A stretch of 64,000 nucleotides of DNA from Alphaproteobacteria bacterium (GCA_965261735.1 OZ253470.1:2784001-2848000), one strand, 5' to 3'; counted from the stretch's first letter, positions 51,596-63,872 are shown. The notes: generated by a model from the sequence alone, not told the origin. Translations and numbers: made by a program.

Positions 51596-52336
51596 ATGAC
51601 GCCGCCCGCCGAAGTCCTCGCGCCCAGCCTGGCGTTCATCATCGCCGTGGCCGTCGTCGGCGGCCTCATGCGCGGCTTCGCCGGGTTCGGCTCGGCGCTG
51701 GTGATGTCGCCGCTCATCAGCATCATCATCGGCCCGGCCCAGACCGTGGCCATGCTCATGATCACCGAGGTGCTGGTGAGCGCCCAGCTCCTGCCGCGGG
51801 CGCTGCGCAGCACCGACTGGCGGCTGATCGGCCTGCTGTGCGCGGCCGCCGCCGTCACCCTGCCGTTCGGCGCCTACGTGCTGGTCCACGTCGACCCCGA
51901 GGGCCTACGCCGCGGCATCGGGCTCGTGGTCCTGGTGTGGGCGCTGGCGATGTTCGTGGGCGTCCGCTACGCGGGCCGGCTGTCGGCGCGGGCAACGCTC
52001 GCCATCGGCGGCGCGAGCGGCGCGCTGATGGGCGCGACCAGCCTGGGCGGCCCGCCAGTGCTGCTCTACCTCCTGTCGACCCCGGCGCGCGCCGAGAGCA
52101 ACCGCGCCAACATCATCACCTATTTCGCGCTGACCAGCGTCTACCTGATCGTCGTCCTGATGGTGAGCGGCGTCTACACGCAAGCGACGCTGTGGCGGGC
52201 CGGCCTGGTCGCGCCATTCTTCCTCGGCGCAGCTTGGCTCGGCAGCCGCTTCTTCGGGCGCTCGAGCGAGGCGCTGTACCGCCGCGTCGCGCTCCTCTTC
52301 CTACTCGCCGTCGGCGGCGTGGCGCTGCTCGCCTGA
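51596..52336 (+). CDS. TauE/SafE family sulfite exporter
   Basis: GLMRGFAGFGSAL, GATSLGGPP; multi-TM. Confidence 0.9.
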   Translation: MTPPAEVLAPSLAFIIAVAVVGGLMRGFAGFGSALVMSPLISIIIGPAQTVAMLMITEVLVSAQLLPRALRSTDWRLIGLLCAAAAVTLPFGAYVLVHVDPEGLRRGIGLVVLVWALAMFVGVRYAGRLSARATLAIGGASGALMGATSLGGPPVLLYLLSTPARAESNRANIITYFALTSVYLIVVLMVSGVYTQATLWRAGLVAPFFLGAAWLGSRFFGRSSEALYRRVALLFLLAVGGVALLA

Positions 52337-52879
52337 ACGCGATGCACCCGGCGCTCCGGGCGCCCCGGGCGCCCCGGGCGCATCGCACCATCCCGCTCGG
52401 GTGCCGCCGTCGTAGGGCCGCGCGAGGCCCGCCGCGAGCAACGCATCGCTGAGGTTCACGCCCTCGGCGCTGGCCCGCGCCACTACCCGGCCGGCGTATT
52501 TGCCGTAGCGGATGTGGCGCAGCGTGAGGCCACCCGGCACGGTCAGCCGGGCCAGCAGTGCGCGTGCCTCGCGCGCTAGCGTGCGCTCCCGCGTACACGC
52601 GCCGCGCATCTCCGGGGCGTCGACGCCATCGAGCCGGACCCGGACGTGCACCTCCTGGCCGAGCCAGATGCGCGCCACAACGTCGATGGTGTCGCCGTCG
52701 ATGATATCGATAACGCGCGCCGGTACGGGCCCGGCCAATACTTCGCCTGCCACCGCCGGCCGCGGCCACCCCGCCGGTATCGAGGCCGAAAGCGCCAACA
52801 ACGTGACGGCCAGCAACAACCTGTGATGCCGCGACGTCAATGTTCTGTTTACCATAGGTTGCAAAAGCTCAGACACCAA
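52301..52879 (-). CDS. Thermonuclease (SNase) family protein, probably exported
   Basis: IDGDTI, VRLDGVDAPE, GKYAGRVVA, LLAAGLARPY; start codon uncertain. Confidence 0.88.
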   Translation of the reverse strand: MVSELLQPMVNRTLTSRHHRLLLAVTLLALSASIPAGWPRPAVAGEVLAGPVPARVIDIIDGDTIDVVARIWLGQEVHVRVRLDGVDAPEMRGACTRERTLAREARALLARLTVPGGLTLRHIRYGKYAGRVVARASAEGVNLSDALLAAGLARPYDGGTRAGWCDAPGAPGAPGAPGASRSGEQRHAADGE

Positions 52880-52930
52880 AGCGCTCGCCCAACCGGTCGG
52901 GCAAAGTCCCTCAGTGTCTCATCGACCTAT

Positions 52931-52945
52931 GAACAAATCAAGAAC
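52931..52945. promoter_or_regulatory. Alphaproteobacterial LexA (SOS) box
   Basis: GAAC-AAATCAA-GAAC (GAAC-N7-GAAC) upstream of the thermonuclease gene. Confidence 0.7.
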
Positions 52946-52978
52946 GAATATCGTCGGCGGTAGGGCGCCCGCCGGGCG

Positions 52979-53152
52979 TCAGAAGTCGGTCGCCAGGCCT
53001 TTGCGCTCCCAGTCGCCGTAGCGCGTCGGTTCCAGGCCCTTGGGGCCGCCGATTTCCGTTGGCTTGGGCGGCGCCTCGGGTTTCTCGGGCGCCGCCTTGC
53101 CGCGCTTGTCGGTGGGCTGTGGATCCGGCGATCCGGTGTCTTTGTCGGTCAC
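52979..53152 (-). CDS. DUF1674 / SdhAF4-like protein
   Basis: EIGGPKGLEPTRYGDWERKGLATDF. Confidence 0.92.
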   Translation of the reverse strand: MTDKDTGSPDPQPTDKRGKAAPEKPEAPPKPTEIGGPKGLEPTRYGDWERKGLATDF

Positions 53153-53968
53153 GGGCGGTGATCCATACGGCGGCGCGCGATGTCGGCGCGCGCCCATCCT
53201 AGTGGATTGATCGGAACGAAAGAGTCCGATTTGAGATTCCGTATTGTGCGGTGTCATGCGAGTCTGTGCTATGCGCACCGGCATCCATTTTACTGTCACG
53301 TCTGGCGACCGTCAGCGATTGCAAGCTATCGTCGCGGACCCGAAGAGCTCGCAGAAACATGTCTGGCGGGCGCGGATCATCCTGAAGAGCGACGAGGGGC
53401 TCGGGAACTCGTCGATCATGGCCGAGACCGGCAAGTCCAAGACCTGTGTCTGGCGCTGGCAGGAGCGGTTCATGCACGAGGGTGTCAACGGCTTGCTTCG
53501 CGACAGGTCCCGTCCGCCTGGCAAAGCGCCGATCCCGCCGGAGCGCGTCGCCGAGATCGTCCGCCTGACCCAGCAAGCGCCGCCGCACGAGGCGACCCAC
53601 TGGACGCTGCGCGCGATGGCGAAGGTTGCTGGCGTCGCGGCGTCGACGGTCCAAGCGATCTGGAAGGCCCATGGCCTCAGCCCGCACCGCTGGCGGCACT
53701 TCAAGCTCTCCAATGATCCCGCCTTCGCCGAGAAGCTCACAGATATCGTCGGCTTGTATGTCGATCCGCCGGCCCATGCCGTGGTGCTGTCGGTTGATGA
53801 GAAATCACAGATCCAGGCGCTCGACCGCACCCAACCCGGCTTGCCGATGAAGAAGGGCCGCGCCGGTACGATGACCTATGATTACAAAGGGAATTATATA
53901 TTTAATTATACCAAACCCTTGTAATTGCCCGTGGTACAACTATGTTATAGATAGTAGGAGGCCGGACC

Positions 53969-54871
53969 ATGAAAGATCATATGAGCATCCCAGAGTTCTA
54001 TAAACGGTTCCCAACCGAGGAAGCCTGCGCCACGTTCATTGAAGTGGAGCGCTGGGGCGGCGAACCGTGGTGCCCGCGATGCGGTGTTACCAAGACCTAC
54101 AGGATCAAGGGCGGTATGGGCTTCAAGTGTTCCGGGTGCCGCAAGCCGTTCAGTGTTCGCACTGGAACTGTTATGGAGTCTTCCAGGGCGAAGCTGCAAA
54201 CATGGCTGTTGGCGATTTACATGATGACCACCGCCCGTAAGGGCATCTCAAGCATTCAGTTCGCCAAGGAGCTGGGCGTGACGCAAAAGACGGCATGGTT
54301 CTTGGCGAATCGAATCCGCGAGGCATGTGCCAAGGGCGAGGGCTTGCTGACCGGCGAAGTGGAAATCGATGAGGTCTATATCGGTGGTAAGGAGAAGAAT
54401 AAGCACGCTAACAAGAAGCTTCGGGCCGGTCGCGGTGCCGTTGGGAAGCAGCCGGTGATCGGCATGAAAGAGCGCTCCGGCTCCGTCCGCGCTATACCGG
54501 TCGCTAGCAACGATCAGGCAACCCTTCACCCCATCATCCGAGATAACGTGGAAGCGGGGTCGACGATCTACACCGATGAGCACAAGGCATACGAGGGATT
54601 GCCCGAATACAACCGCGAAGCCGTTCGCCACAGCGCAGGCGAGTATGTGAATGGCTCCGCCTCAACCAATGGTATCGAGTCTTTCTGGGCCTTGCTCAAA
54701 CGCGGCTACTACGGGACGCACCATTGGTGGAGCGTGAAGCACCTTCATCGTTACGTCGCCGAGTATCAGCACCGACAGAATACTATCGGCTTGTCGGGCG
54801 AGCGCGCTATTGGTAGGTTGGTTCGAGGCGGAGAGGGAAAGAGGCTGACATACGCCGCCCTTGTTGCCTAG
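53969..54871 (+). CDS. IS1595 family transposase
   Basis: CPRCG / CSGC, VEIDEVYIGG, IYTDEHKAY, TNGIESFWALLKRG, HLHRYVAEY. Confidence 0.95.
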   Translation: MKDHMSIPEFYKRFPTEEACATFIEVERWGGEPWCPRCGVTKTYRIKGGMGFKCSGCRKPFSVRTGTVMESSRAKLQTWLLAIYMMTTARKGISSIQFAKELGVTQKTAWFLANRIREACAKGEGLLTGEVEIDEVYIGGKEKNKHANKKLRAGRGAVGKQPVIGMKERSGSVRAIPVASNDQATLHPIIRDNVEAGSTIYTDEHKAYEGLPEYNREAVRHSAGEYVNGSASTNGIESFWALLKRGYYGTHHWWSVKHLHRYVAEYQHRQNTIGLSGERAIGRLVRGGEGKRLTYAALVA

Positions 54872-54884
54872 ATGGGGAGGCCGC

Positions 54885-55166
54885 ATGCCGAAAACCAAAG
54901 AGATAGAGCCGCTAAATGTTAGCTTCAATCAAGGGGTTAGGGCAGTCGTGCAGACTAAGATGCCTAGACAGCCTGAGGAGACCGATGATTCCGTAGTAGC
55001 TGGGCAGGAGTCCCGCATTGCAGCGTTCGAGAAGGAGAATCCTGATTTCGTTAAGGAACTCGACCTATTGGGGTTTGAGATAGACGAATATGAAACGGTG
55101 CTCGCCAACTCTGACCCGCAGGTAATCTTGTCCACAAATACTACGCTTCCTCATGACGTGGAATGA
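54885..55166 (+). CDS. Small acidic hypothetical protein (IS passenger)
   Basis: GGAGG RBS; 93 aa; overlaps the protease start. Confidence 0.7.
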   Translation: MPKTKEIEPLNVSFNQGVRAVVQTKMPRQPEETDDSVVAGQESRIAAFEKENPDFVKELDLLGFEIDEYETVLANSDPQVILSTNTTLPHDVE

Positions 55167-56172
55167 CGTCCGAAAAGAAATCGATGCAACAAGTCCTATA
55201 GGAGAATCTAGCCAGTTCGACTTAGTAAGACGCCAAAAGGTCGCTGATGTTGAGAATATCAGTGGCATCCCTCTGGTAATCTACGCTACCGATTTCACAG
55301 ACGAAAGCAGAGCCGCGCAGTACGGGGCGGGGCTTCAGATAGATCTGGGTGACAAGACGGGGTTTTCACAAGCGTCGTCGGATATTCTGGACGGCCCCCT
55401 TGATGTGTTGATTCAGAGCCCTGGAGGGTCACCCACCGCCGCGGAATCAATCGTAAAGTTCCTCCGATCACGGTTTGATCCCATACGCTTTATCGTACCC
55501 CATACCGCGAAAAGTGCAGCGACAATGCTGGCATTGTCAGGCGATGAAATTGTGCTGGGGGAGGTCGGCGAACTGGGTCCGATTGATCCGCAGCTTCGGA
55601 TGTTGAACGATCAGCGCGTGGTAACAGTGCCTGCTGGTGCGGCCATCGATCAGTTCAATGCATTACACCAGGCGGTTATTAAAAATCAGACTGCGATGCG
55701 GGGATTGTTGCCCCTCATTCGCCAATATGGCCCTTCATTTTTGCAAGAATGCCATAACGCGGTCGCCCTTTCTGAAGAACTCGTAGCGGAGTGGCTCCAA
55801 TGCTACATGTTTAAGGGAGAGGAAGATGCGGAACCCCGCGCTAAACGGATAGCGAAGTGGCTAGCTCAGCATGGTAATTTTAAATCTCACTCAAGGCCTG
55901 TCTGGATAGACCAGATTAAGCAATTTGATTCTGGAATAAAGGTGCGCTCACTCCGGGAAATAGGTGAAAAATTCGAAACAGCTATTATGAATGTGTACTG
56001 GGCGATTGATTTAACCTTTGGCGGAACAACCGCCTTTAAAATCATAGAACATACAAGTAGCTCCGCCGCCTATATTCGCCTTACTCCGCTGGTGCAAGGA
56101 CAGATGGAGATAGTACAAGGCCAGCCAAGCAACAGGCAGCAGCGGAGGAAACGAGACCGGAAGAATCGATAA
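55153..56172 (+). CDS. SDH/S49-type Clp-fold serine protease (IS passenger)
   Basis: LDVLIQSPGG, AKSAATMLAL, LGPIDPQ, FKSHSRP. Confidence 0.88.
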   Translation: MTWNDVRKEIDATSPIGESSQFDLVRRQKVADVENISGIPLVIYATDFTDESRAAQYGAGLQIDLGDKTGFSQASSDILDGPLDVLIQSPGGSPTAAESIVKFLRSRFDPIRFIVPHTAKSAATMLALSGDEIVLGEVGELGPIDPQLRMLNDQRVVTVPAGAAIDQFNALHQAVIKNQTAMRGLLPLIRQYGPSFLQECHNAVALSEELVAEWLQCYMFKGEEDAEPRAKRIAKWLAQHGNFKSHSRPVWIDQIKQFDSGIKVRSLREIGEKFETAIMNVYWAIDLTFGGTTAFKIIEHTSSSAAYIRLTPLVQGQMEIVQGQPSNRQQRRKRDRKNR

Positions 56173-56782
56173 CTCCGCAATGTCTTAATAGAGACACTAC
56201 CAAACACTGGTACAACTAGGTATATAATTCCCATTACAAACGGCATGGCACGACGACGCTGTTCGCCGCGCTCAACGTGCTGGACGGTACGGTCATCGCA
56301 CAGAACATGCAGCGCCACCGCCATCAGGAGTTCATCCGCTTCCTCAACCGCATCGAGCGCGAGGTGCCGACGGACAAGGCCGTCCACGTCATCCTCGACA
56401 ACTACGCCGCGCACAAGAAGGACAAGGTCCGCGCCTGGCTCGCCCGCCATCCACGCTGGACCTTCCACTTCACGCCAACCTCGTGCTCGTGGCTCAATGC
56501 CGTCGAGGGCTTCTTCGCCAAACTAACGCGGCGCAGGCTCAAATACGGCGTCTTCCAATCCGTCGTCGACCTTCAGGCCGCCATCAACCGATTTGTCCGC
56601 GAATACAATGACGCAAACCCAAAACCCTTCATCTGGAAAGCCGACCCCGATCATATCATCGCCGCACGAAACAGAGGGTTCCAAACGTTGGAATCAATCC
56701 ACTAGCGCCATCAGCGCCGCCGCTCCACGCGCTTGTCGGATCACCCATTCGACACGGCGTGCGCCTTGGGCTAGACCGAGGC

Positions 56783-58078
56783 ATGCGACCCCGGTACGAC
56801 GCGCGCGCCATCGCCCTCGATCTCTTGAACTCGGTGCTGCGTCGCCGCCGACCGCTCGACGAGGCATGGGTCGCGGCACTGGCGCGCGGCCCACTCGCCA
56901 GCCTGGAGGCGCGCGATCGCGCGTTCGCCCGGCTGCTCGTCGCGACCACGCTGCGCCGGCTGGGCGAGATCGACGCCGCGCTCGATCGTTGCCTCGAACG
57001 GCCGCTGCCGGCGCGCGCCCGGCGGCTCCACGACGTGCTGCGGCTCGGGGCCGTACAGCTCCTTTTCCTCGGTACCAAGGCGCATGCCGCGGTCGACTCG
57101 GCGGTGCGGCTCGCCCCCAACGATGCCCGCGCCAAGGGGCTCGTCAATGCGCTGTTGCGCCGGCTCGCCCGCGAGGGTCCGGCGGCGGGTGCCGAGGATG
57201 CCGCGCGCAATACGCCCGAGTGGCTGTGGCGCTCGTGGTCCGCGCACTATGGCGAGGCGACGGCGGCCGCCATCGCTGCCGCCCATCTCGCCGAGCCGCC
57301 GCTCGACATCACGCTGAAGGCGCAGGATGCCGAATCGCGCCAGGCATGGGCGGCGCGGCTCGAGGCCCGCGTACTGCCGACGGGAACGCTGCGCCGCGCC
57401 ACGGTGGCCGTCGACGCGTTGGCCGGCTTCGCCGGGGGCGCGTGGTGGGTGCAGGACGCGGCCGCGGCGCTGCCGGCACGCCTGCTCGGCGATGTTGCCG
57501 GGCGCGCCGTCATCGACCTGTGCGCGGCGCCGGGCGGCAAGACCGCGCAGCTCGCCGCCGCCGGCGCCCGCGTCGTCGCGCTCGATCGCTCACCCAAGCG
57601 GCTCGCGCTGCTGCGCGCCAACCTCGCCCGCCTCGGCCTCGAAGCCGAGTGTGTCCTCGCCGATGCGCGCGCTTGGCGTCCCGGGGCGCCGGCCGACGCC
57701 GTGCTCCTCGATGCGCCCTGCAGCGCCACGGGAACGCTGCGCCGGCATCCCGATATCGCCCATCTGCGCTCGCCCGCCGACGTCGCCAGCCTCGCCGAGG
57801 CCCAAGCCGGCCTGCTGGAGTCCGCGGCCGCAATGGTGGCGCCGGGCGGGACCCTCATCTACGCGGCCTGTTCGCTCGAGCCTGAGGAGGGGGTGCGGCA
57901 CATCGAGGCCGTGCTCGCCGCCGGCAGCCTCGCCCGCGCGCCGATCGCGGCGCGCGAGATCGACGGGCAAACCGCGCTGCTCAGCGCCGAGGGCGACCTG
58001 CGCACACTGCCGCACCAGTGGCCCGAATGGGGCGGCCTCGACGGTTTCTTTGCCGCCCGGCTGAGGAAGGCTGGCTGA
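56783..58078 (+). CDS. rsmB: RsmB/Sun family rRNA m5C methyltransferase
   Basis: NusB-like N-terminus; WVQDAAA, DLCAAPGGKT, LDAPCSATG, CSL..EEG. Confidence 0.9.
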   Translation: MRPRYDARAIALDLLNSVLRRRRPLDEAWVAALARGPLASLEARDRAFARLLVATTLRRLGEIDAALDRCLERPLPARARRLHDVLRLGAVQLLFLGTKAHAAVDSAVRLAPNDARAKGLVNALLRRLAREGPAAGAEDAARNTPEWLWRSWSAHYGEATAAAIAAAHLAEPPLDITLKAQDAESRQAWAARLEARVLPTGTLRRATVAVDALAGFAGGAWWVQDAAAALPARLLGDVAGRAVIDLCAAPGGKTAQLAAAGARVVALDRSPKRLALLRANLARLGLEAECVLADARAWRPGAPADAVLLDAPCSATGTLRRHPDIAHLRSPADVASLAEAQAGLLESAAAMVAPGGTLIYAACSLEPEEGVRHIEAVLAAGSLARAPIAAREIDGQTALLSAEGDLRTLPHQWPEWGGLDGFFAARLRKAG

Positions 58079-58148
58079 CGGCGACAAAGGCGAGCCAGCC
58101 ACCCGCGGGCGCCTTGCCGGTGCCCGGTGAAGCTGGTAGGAGAGCGCC

Positions 58149-58820
58149 ATGCAGCAGCCGGTCCGTATCGCCCCTTCGGTGTTGGCGGCGGACTTTGCGC
58201 GGCTCGGCGAGGAGGTCGCGGCGCTCGAGGCTGCCGGCGCCGACTACATCCACGTCGACGTGATGGACGGCCACTTCGTACCCAACATCACCGTCGGGCC
58301 AGCGGTCGTCGAGGCGCTGAAGCCGCATAGCGGGCTACCCTTCGACGTCCACCTCATGATCGCGCCGGTCGATCCGTTCATCGCCGCCTTCGCCGCCGCG
58401 GGTGCCGATATCCTGACCGTCCATGTCGAGGCCGGGCCGCACCTCCACCGCACCCTGCAGCTCATCAAATCGCACGGCATCAAGGCCGGGGTGTCCCTCA
58501 ACCCCGCGACCCCGGCGAGCGCCGTCGCCGGCGTCCTCGGCGAGGTCGATCTCGTCCTGGTGATGAGCGTCAACCCGGGCTTCGGCGGCCAGAGTTTCCT
58601 CGCCAGCCAGCTCGACAAGCTGCGCGCGCTGCGGCGCCAGATCGATGCGACCGGGCGCACCATCGACCTCGAGGTCGACGGTGGAATCACCGAAAGCTCG
58701 GCCCGCGAGGCGATCGCGGCAGGCGCCGACGTACTCGTCGCGGGCACCGCCGTGCTCGCCGGCGGCGCCGCAGCCTACGCCGCCAACATCCGCGGCCTGC
58801 GCGGCCCCGAGGCGGCATAG
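58149..58820 (+). CDS. rpe: Ribulose-phosphate 3-epimerase
   Basis: [33 protein letters not shown]. Confidence 0.97.
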   Translation: MQQPVRIAPSVLAADFARLGEEVAALEAAGADYIHVDVMDGHFVPNITVGPAVVEALKPHSGLPFDVHLMIAPVDPFIAAFAAAGADILTVHVEAGPHLHRTLQLIKSHGIKAGVSLNPATPASAVAGVLGEVDLVLVMSVNPGFGGQSFLASQLDKLRALRRQIDATGRTIDLEVDGGITESSAREAIAAGADVLVAGTAVLAGGAAAYAANIRGLRGPEAA

Positions 58821-58837
58821 GTCCGCGGGCGCCCCTC

Positions 58838-60474
58838 GTGCTGTACACCCTCGCCGAACGCACCCTGGCGGCCCCCCTCGCGGCGCTCGCCCTGACGCAC
58901 GTGGTCCCCGAGGCGCCGCTCGCCATCCCGCACGATCCTTGGCCCGAGGACGAGGAGAACGCGAACGACCTCTTTCACGGCCTCTACGCGGCCGCTGGTC
59001 AGGAGGTGCGCATGCAGGGCGCGCCGCCGTGGGCGCTCGCGCGCCCGTCCCCGGGCTGGGCGGCCGAGATGAGCGGGTTCGCGTGGCTCCGCGATTTTCG
59101 TAGCGGCGGCATCGCGTCGGTTCGCTGCGCGCGCGACCTCGTCGCGAGCTGGATCGCGGCGCCCGCGCCGTGGCGGCCCCTTAGCTGGCGGGCCGATATC
59201 GTGGGCCGCAGGCTCATGTCCTGGTGCTGCGCGGCCGACCTGCTGCTCGAGGGGGCCGACAACCAGTTTCGCACGGCGTTCCTCGCGAGCCTGGCGCGCC
59301 AGGCTCGGCATCTCGCCCGATCGGTGCGTAGCGCGCCGCGCGGCGCGCCGCGCATGGCCGCCGTGGGCGGCCTCCTGTGCGCAGCCGCGGCCCTCGGTCA
59401 CGCGCGCTGGCGGACGAAGGCCCTGCGCCTTCTCGAGCGCGAACTAGCGATCCAGGTCCTTGCCGACGGCGGCCACGTCGAGCGCAACCCCGAGCGCCAC
59501 GTCGCGGTGCTGCACGACCTGACGATCATGCACAGCGCCGTGGCGGCCGCCGGGACCCATGTTCCGGTGCTCGCGGCCGCCATCGAGCGCATGGCACCGA
59601 TGGCGCGCTTCTTTCGCCTTGGCGACCACCGCATGGCGCAGTTCAACGGCGGGCGTGCGGGCGATAGCCGGCGCCTGCACGCCACCCTTGCCGCCGCCGC
59701 GAGTCGGGCGCCGACGCCAACCTCGGCGCCCGACACCGGTTTTGAGCGCATGAGCGCGCGCGGCACGGTCGTGCTCGCCGACGTCGGCGCGATGCCGCCG
59801 GGGCGCCTGCGCAACAGTGCGCACGCCGGCGCCTTGAGCTTCGAGATGAGCGTCGGTGCGCGGCGCCTGATCGTCAACTGTGGCGCTACCGGCGCCGCCG
59901 GCGGCACCGACCCGGCGTGGCGCGAGGCCTGCCGTGCAACCGCGGCGCACTCGACGCTGACGATCGACGACACCAACTCGGCCGACATCGCGCCCGGTCG
60001 CGGCTCGGTGCTGTGGCGGCGGCGCATCGCCCGCGTCGACAGCCGGCGCGCGGGCGCCTCAGTACTCGAGGCTGGTCACGACGGCTACGGCGCGCCGTTC
60101 GGCCTCAGGCACCACCGAAGGCTCACGCTCGACGCGGGCGGCGAGGCGGTGCGCGGTGAGGATCGGGCGAGCGTGAGCGATCCGGCCCGCGCCGGTGAGC
60201 AGGAGCGCCATCTGGCGCTGCGCTTTCATCTCCATCCCGACGTGCGCGCTTCGCTTATCGGCACCGGCGCCCTGCTCCTGCGCCTCGGCGACGGCTCGGG
60301 GTGGGTGTTCGATGCGGACGGCGCCGAGCCCCGGCTCGAGGACAGCGTCTATCTCGGCGACGGCGCCATGCGGCGGTGCCAACAGATCGTGCTCGCCGCC
60401 ACCTGGCCGGCGACCGAGACGATCTCGTGGTCGTTAAGCCGACTCGCGCAACCGGTGCGGCCCATGCCCGGGCG

Positions 60475-60478
<4 letters not shown>
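58838..60478 (+). CDS. Heparinase II/III family protein
   Basis: QVLADGGHVERNP, HAGALSFE, ATAAHST, LRFHLHP; conserved rpe-purH neighbourhood. Confidence 0.88.
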
Positions 60479-61743
<1,265 letters not shown>

Positions 61744-61943
61744 GGCGCGACACGGCTGCGCGATTGGGGGGGGACGGGCTGTGGTAGCGGGGCCACGCGC
61801 CCTTGTCAATCGACGCCACCGCGCGCAATGGCCTTGACCGGCCGCCCCGGGCCAGGGACTCTAGCGGCACACCCCGTATGACCGGTTCCCGCACATTCTT
61901 CCTTCGCGGCCGATCCGCCGCCGCGGCCGGGACCGCACCCTGA

Positions 61944-63872
61944 ATGTGCGGCCTCGCCGGCACGCTCGACCTCGCGCGCCAGACGGCCGAGGACGATCTG
62001 CGGGCGAGGGTGGCGCGTATGGCCGCGACTCTGGTACACCGCGGTCCCGATTCGGAAGGCACGTGGGTCGATGCGGCGGCCGGTATCGCGTTCGGCCATC
62101 GCCGCCTCGCGATCATCGATCTCTCGCCCACCGGTCATCAGCCGATGGTCTCGGCCGATGGCCGCTTCGTCATCGCCTACAACGGCGAGACCTACAACTT
62201 CCGCGAACTACGGCGCGAGCTCGAGGCGCGCGGCACCACCTTCCGCGGCCACTCCGACACCGAGGTCGCGCTCGAGGCGATCGCAGCCTGGGGTATCGAG
62301 GACGGGCTGAGCCGCCTCAACGGCATGTTCGCCTTCGCCTTATGGGACCGCACGGAGCGCCGCCTCCACCTCGTGCGCGATCGCCTCGGCATCAAGCCGC
62401 TCTACTACGGCCGCCAGGGCGATTCCTTCCTGTTCGCCTCCGAGCTGCGCGCGCTCAGGGCCCACCCGGCCTTCGCAGCGGAGATCGACCGCGACGCCCT
62501 CGCCCTCTATATGCGCCACAACGTCGTTCCCGCGCCCCGGTCGATCTTCCGCGGCATCCACAAGCTCGCGCCCGGCACGCTGCTCACGCTCGATGCGGAG
62601 GGGCAGGGCGCCCCCCGACCCTATTGGTCGCTGCGCGAGGTTGCCGAGCGGGGCCGCGAGGGGGGCCAGCGGGGCGATACAAAGGAGGTGGCCGAGGAGC
62701 TCGATGAGCTGCTGCGCGATGCGGTCAAGCGGCGCATGATCGCCGACGTACCGCTCGGCGTGTTCCTCTCGTGCGGCACCGATTCGAGCCTCGTTGCCGC
62801 GCTCATGCAGGCCCAGAGCCGCGTCCCGATCAAGACCTTCACCATCGGCCACCCGGCGGCCGACTTCGACGAGGCCAAGGACGCCAAGAGGGTGGCACAC
62901 CATCTCGGGACCGATCACCACGAACTCTATGTCGGCGCCGACGATGCGCTGGCGGTGGTGGCGCGCCTGCCCGCGTACTACGACGAGCCCTTCGCCGACT
63001 CGTCGCAGATCCCGACCTTTCTGGTGAGCCAAATGGCGCGCCGCAAGGTCATCGTGGCGTTGTCGGGCGATGGCGGCGACGAAATGTTCGGCGGCTATGA
63101 GCGCCACCTGTGGTGCGAGCGCATCGCCCGCCACACGGGCGGCTGGCCGGGCTGGCTCAAGCGTTCGGCGGCGTCCGGGCTGCGGGCCCTGTCGCCCGAC
63201 GGCTGGGACCGTCTGGCGGCGCGCCTGCCGGCCGCGTGGCGCCGCCGCAGCACCGGCGACAAGCTGCACAAGTTGGCCGGCGTCATCGATGCGCACGATG
63301 CGGCGGAAATCTATCGCGGCCTCGTGAGCCACTGGCGCGACGACGGTATCGTGATCGGCGGCCACCCCGAGCGCGGACCCGTGAGCGACCGTCCCGCGTG
63401 GCCGGACCTTCCCGACTTCACGCGCCAGATCATGTATCTCGACGCCGTCACCTATTTGCCTGACGACATCCTGACCAAGGTCGACCGGGCGTCGATGGCG
63501 GTCAGCCTCGAGGCGCGCGTGCCGCTCCTCGACCACCGGGTCGTGGAGTTCGCCTGGCGCCAGCCGCTCGGCCACATGATATCGGGCGGCCGCGGCAAGC
63601 ACATCCTGCGCGAGGTGCTCTATCGCTACGTGCCGCGGGCACTGATCGAGCGCGAGAAGATGGGCTTCGCCGTGCCCCTGCATGAGTGGCTGCGCGGCCC
63701 GCTGCGCGACTGGTCGGAGGCGCTGCTCGACGAGGCGCGGCTCGCGCGCGAGGGTTTTTTCGCTCCTGCGCCGGTGCGCGCGGTATGGCGCGAGCACCTG
63801 TCGGGGCGCCGCAACCGCCACCACGAGCTGTGGGACGTGCTCATGTTCCAAGCTTGGCACGAAGCGCTGTGA
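61944..63872 (+). CDS. asnB: Asparagine synthase (glutamine-hydrolysing) family amidotransferase
   Basis: MCG N-terminal nucleophile, HRGPD, GHRRLAIID, RDRLGIKPLYY, SGDGGDE, KVDRASM. Confidence 0.92.
   Translation: MCGLAGTLDLARQTAEDDLRARVARMAATLVHRGPDSEGTWVDAAAGIAFGHRRLAIIDLSPTGHQPMVSADGRFVIAYNGETYNFRELRRELEARGTTFRGHSDTEVALEAIAAWGIEDGLSRLNGMFAFALWDRTERRLHLVRDRLGIKPLYYGRQGDSFLFASELRALRAHPAFAAEIDRDALALYMRHNVVPAPRSIFRGIHKLAPGTLLTLDAEGQGAPRPYWSLREVAERGREGGQRGDTKEVAEELDELLRDAVKRRMIADVPLGVFLSCGTDSSLVAALMQAQSRVPIKTFTIGHPAADFDEAKDAKRVAHHLGTDHHELYVGADDALAVVARLPAYYDEPFADSSQIPTFLVSQMARRKVIVALSGDGGDEMFGGYERHLWCERIARHTGGWPGWLKRSAASGLRALSPDGWDRLAARLPAAWRRRSTGDKLHKLAGVIDAHDAAEIYRGLVSHWRDDGIVIGGHPERGPVSDRPAWPDLPDFTRQIMYLDAVTYLPDDILTKVDRASMAVSLEARVPLLDHRVVEFAWRQPLGHMISGGRGKHILREVLYRYVPRALIEREKMGFAVPLHEWLRGPLRDWSEALLDEARLAREGFFAPAPVRAVWREHLSGRRNRHHELWDVLMFQAWHEAL

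Larger units (their letters stand above)
53889..56232 (+). mobile_element. IS1595 family transporter IS with two passenger genes; 8-bp TSD attacaaa
   Basis: IRs gggaattatata / tatataattccc; TSD at 53881-53888 and 56233-56240; visibly lower GC. Confidence 0.95.
53200..56704 (+). mobile_element. IS630 family element interrupted by an IS1595 transporter element
   Basis: Ends ctagtggattgat / atcaatccactag at a CTAG target. Confidence 0.92.
53271..56705 (+). pseudogene. IS630 transposase split at TYDYK|RHGTTTL
   Basis: [28 protein letters not shown]; removing 53889-56240 restores the frame. Confidence 0.9.

Noticed and set aside
52347-52381. 9-bp repeats (cgccccggg) at the thermonuclease 3' end
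   Set aside because: Low-complexity GC slippage in a convergent overlap; no evidence of function
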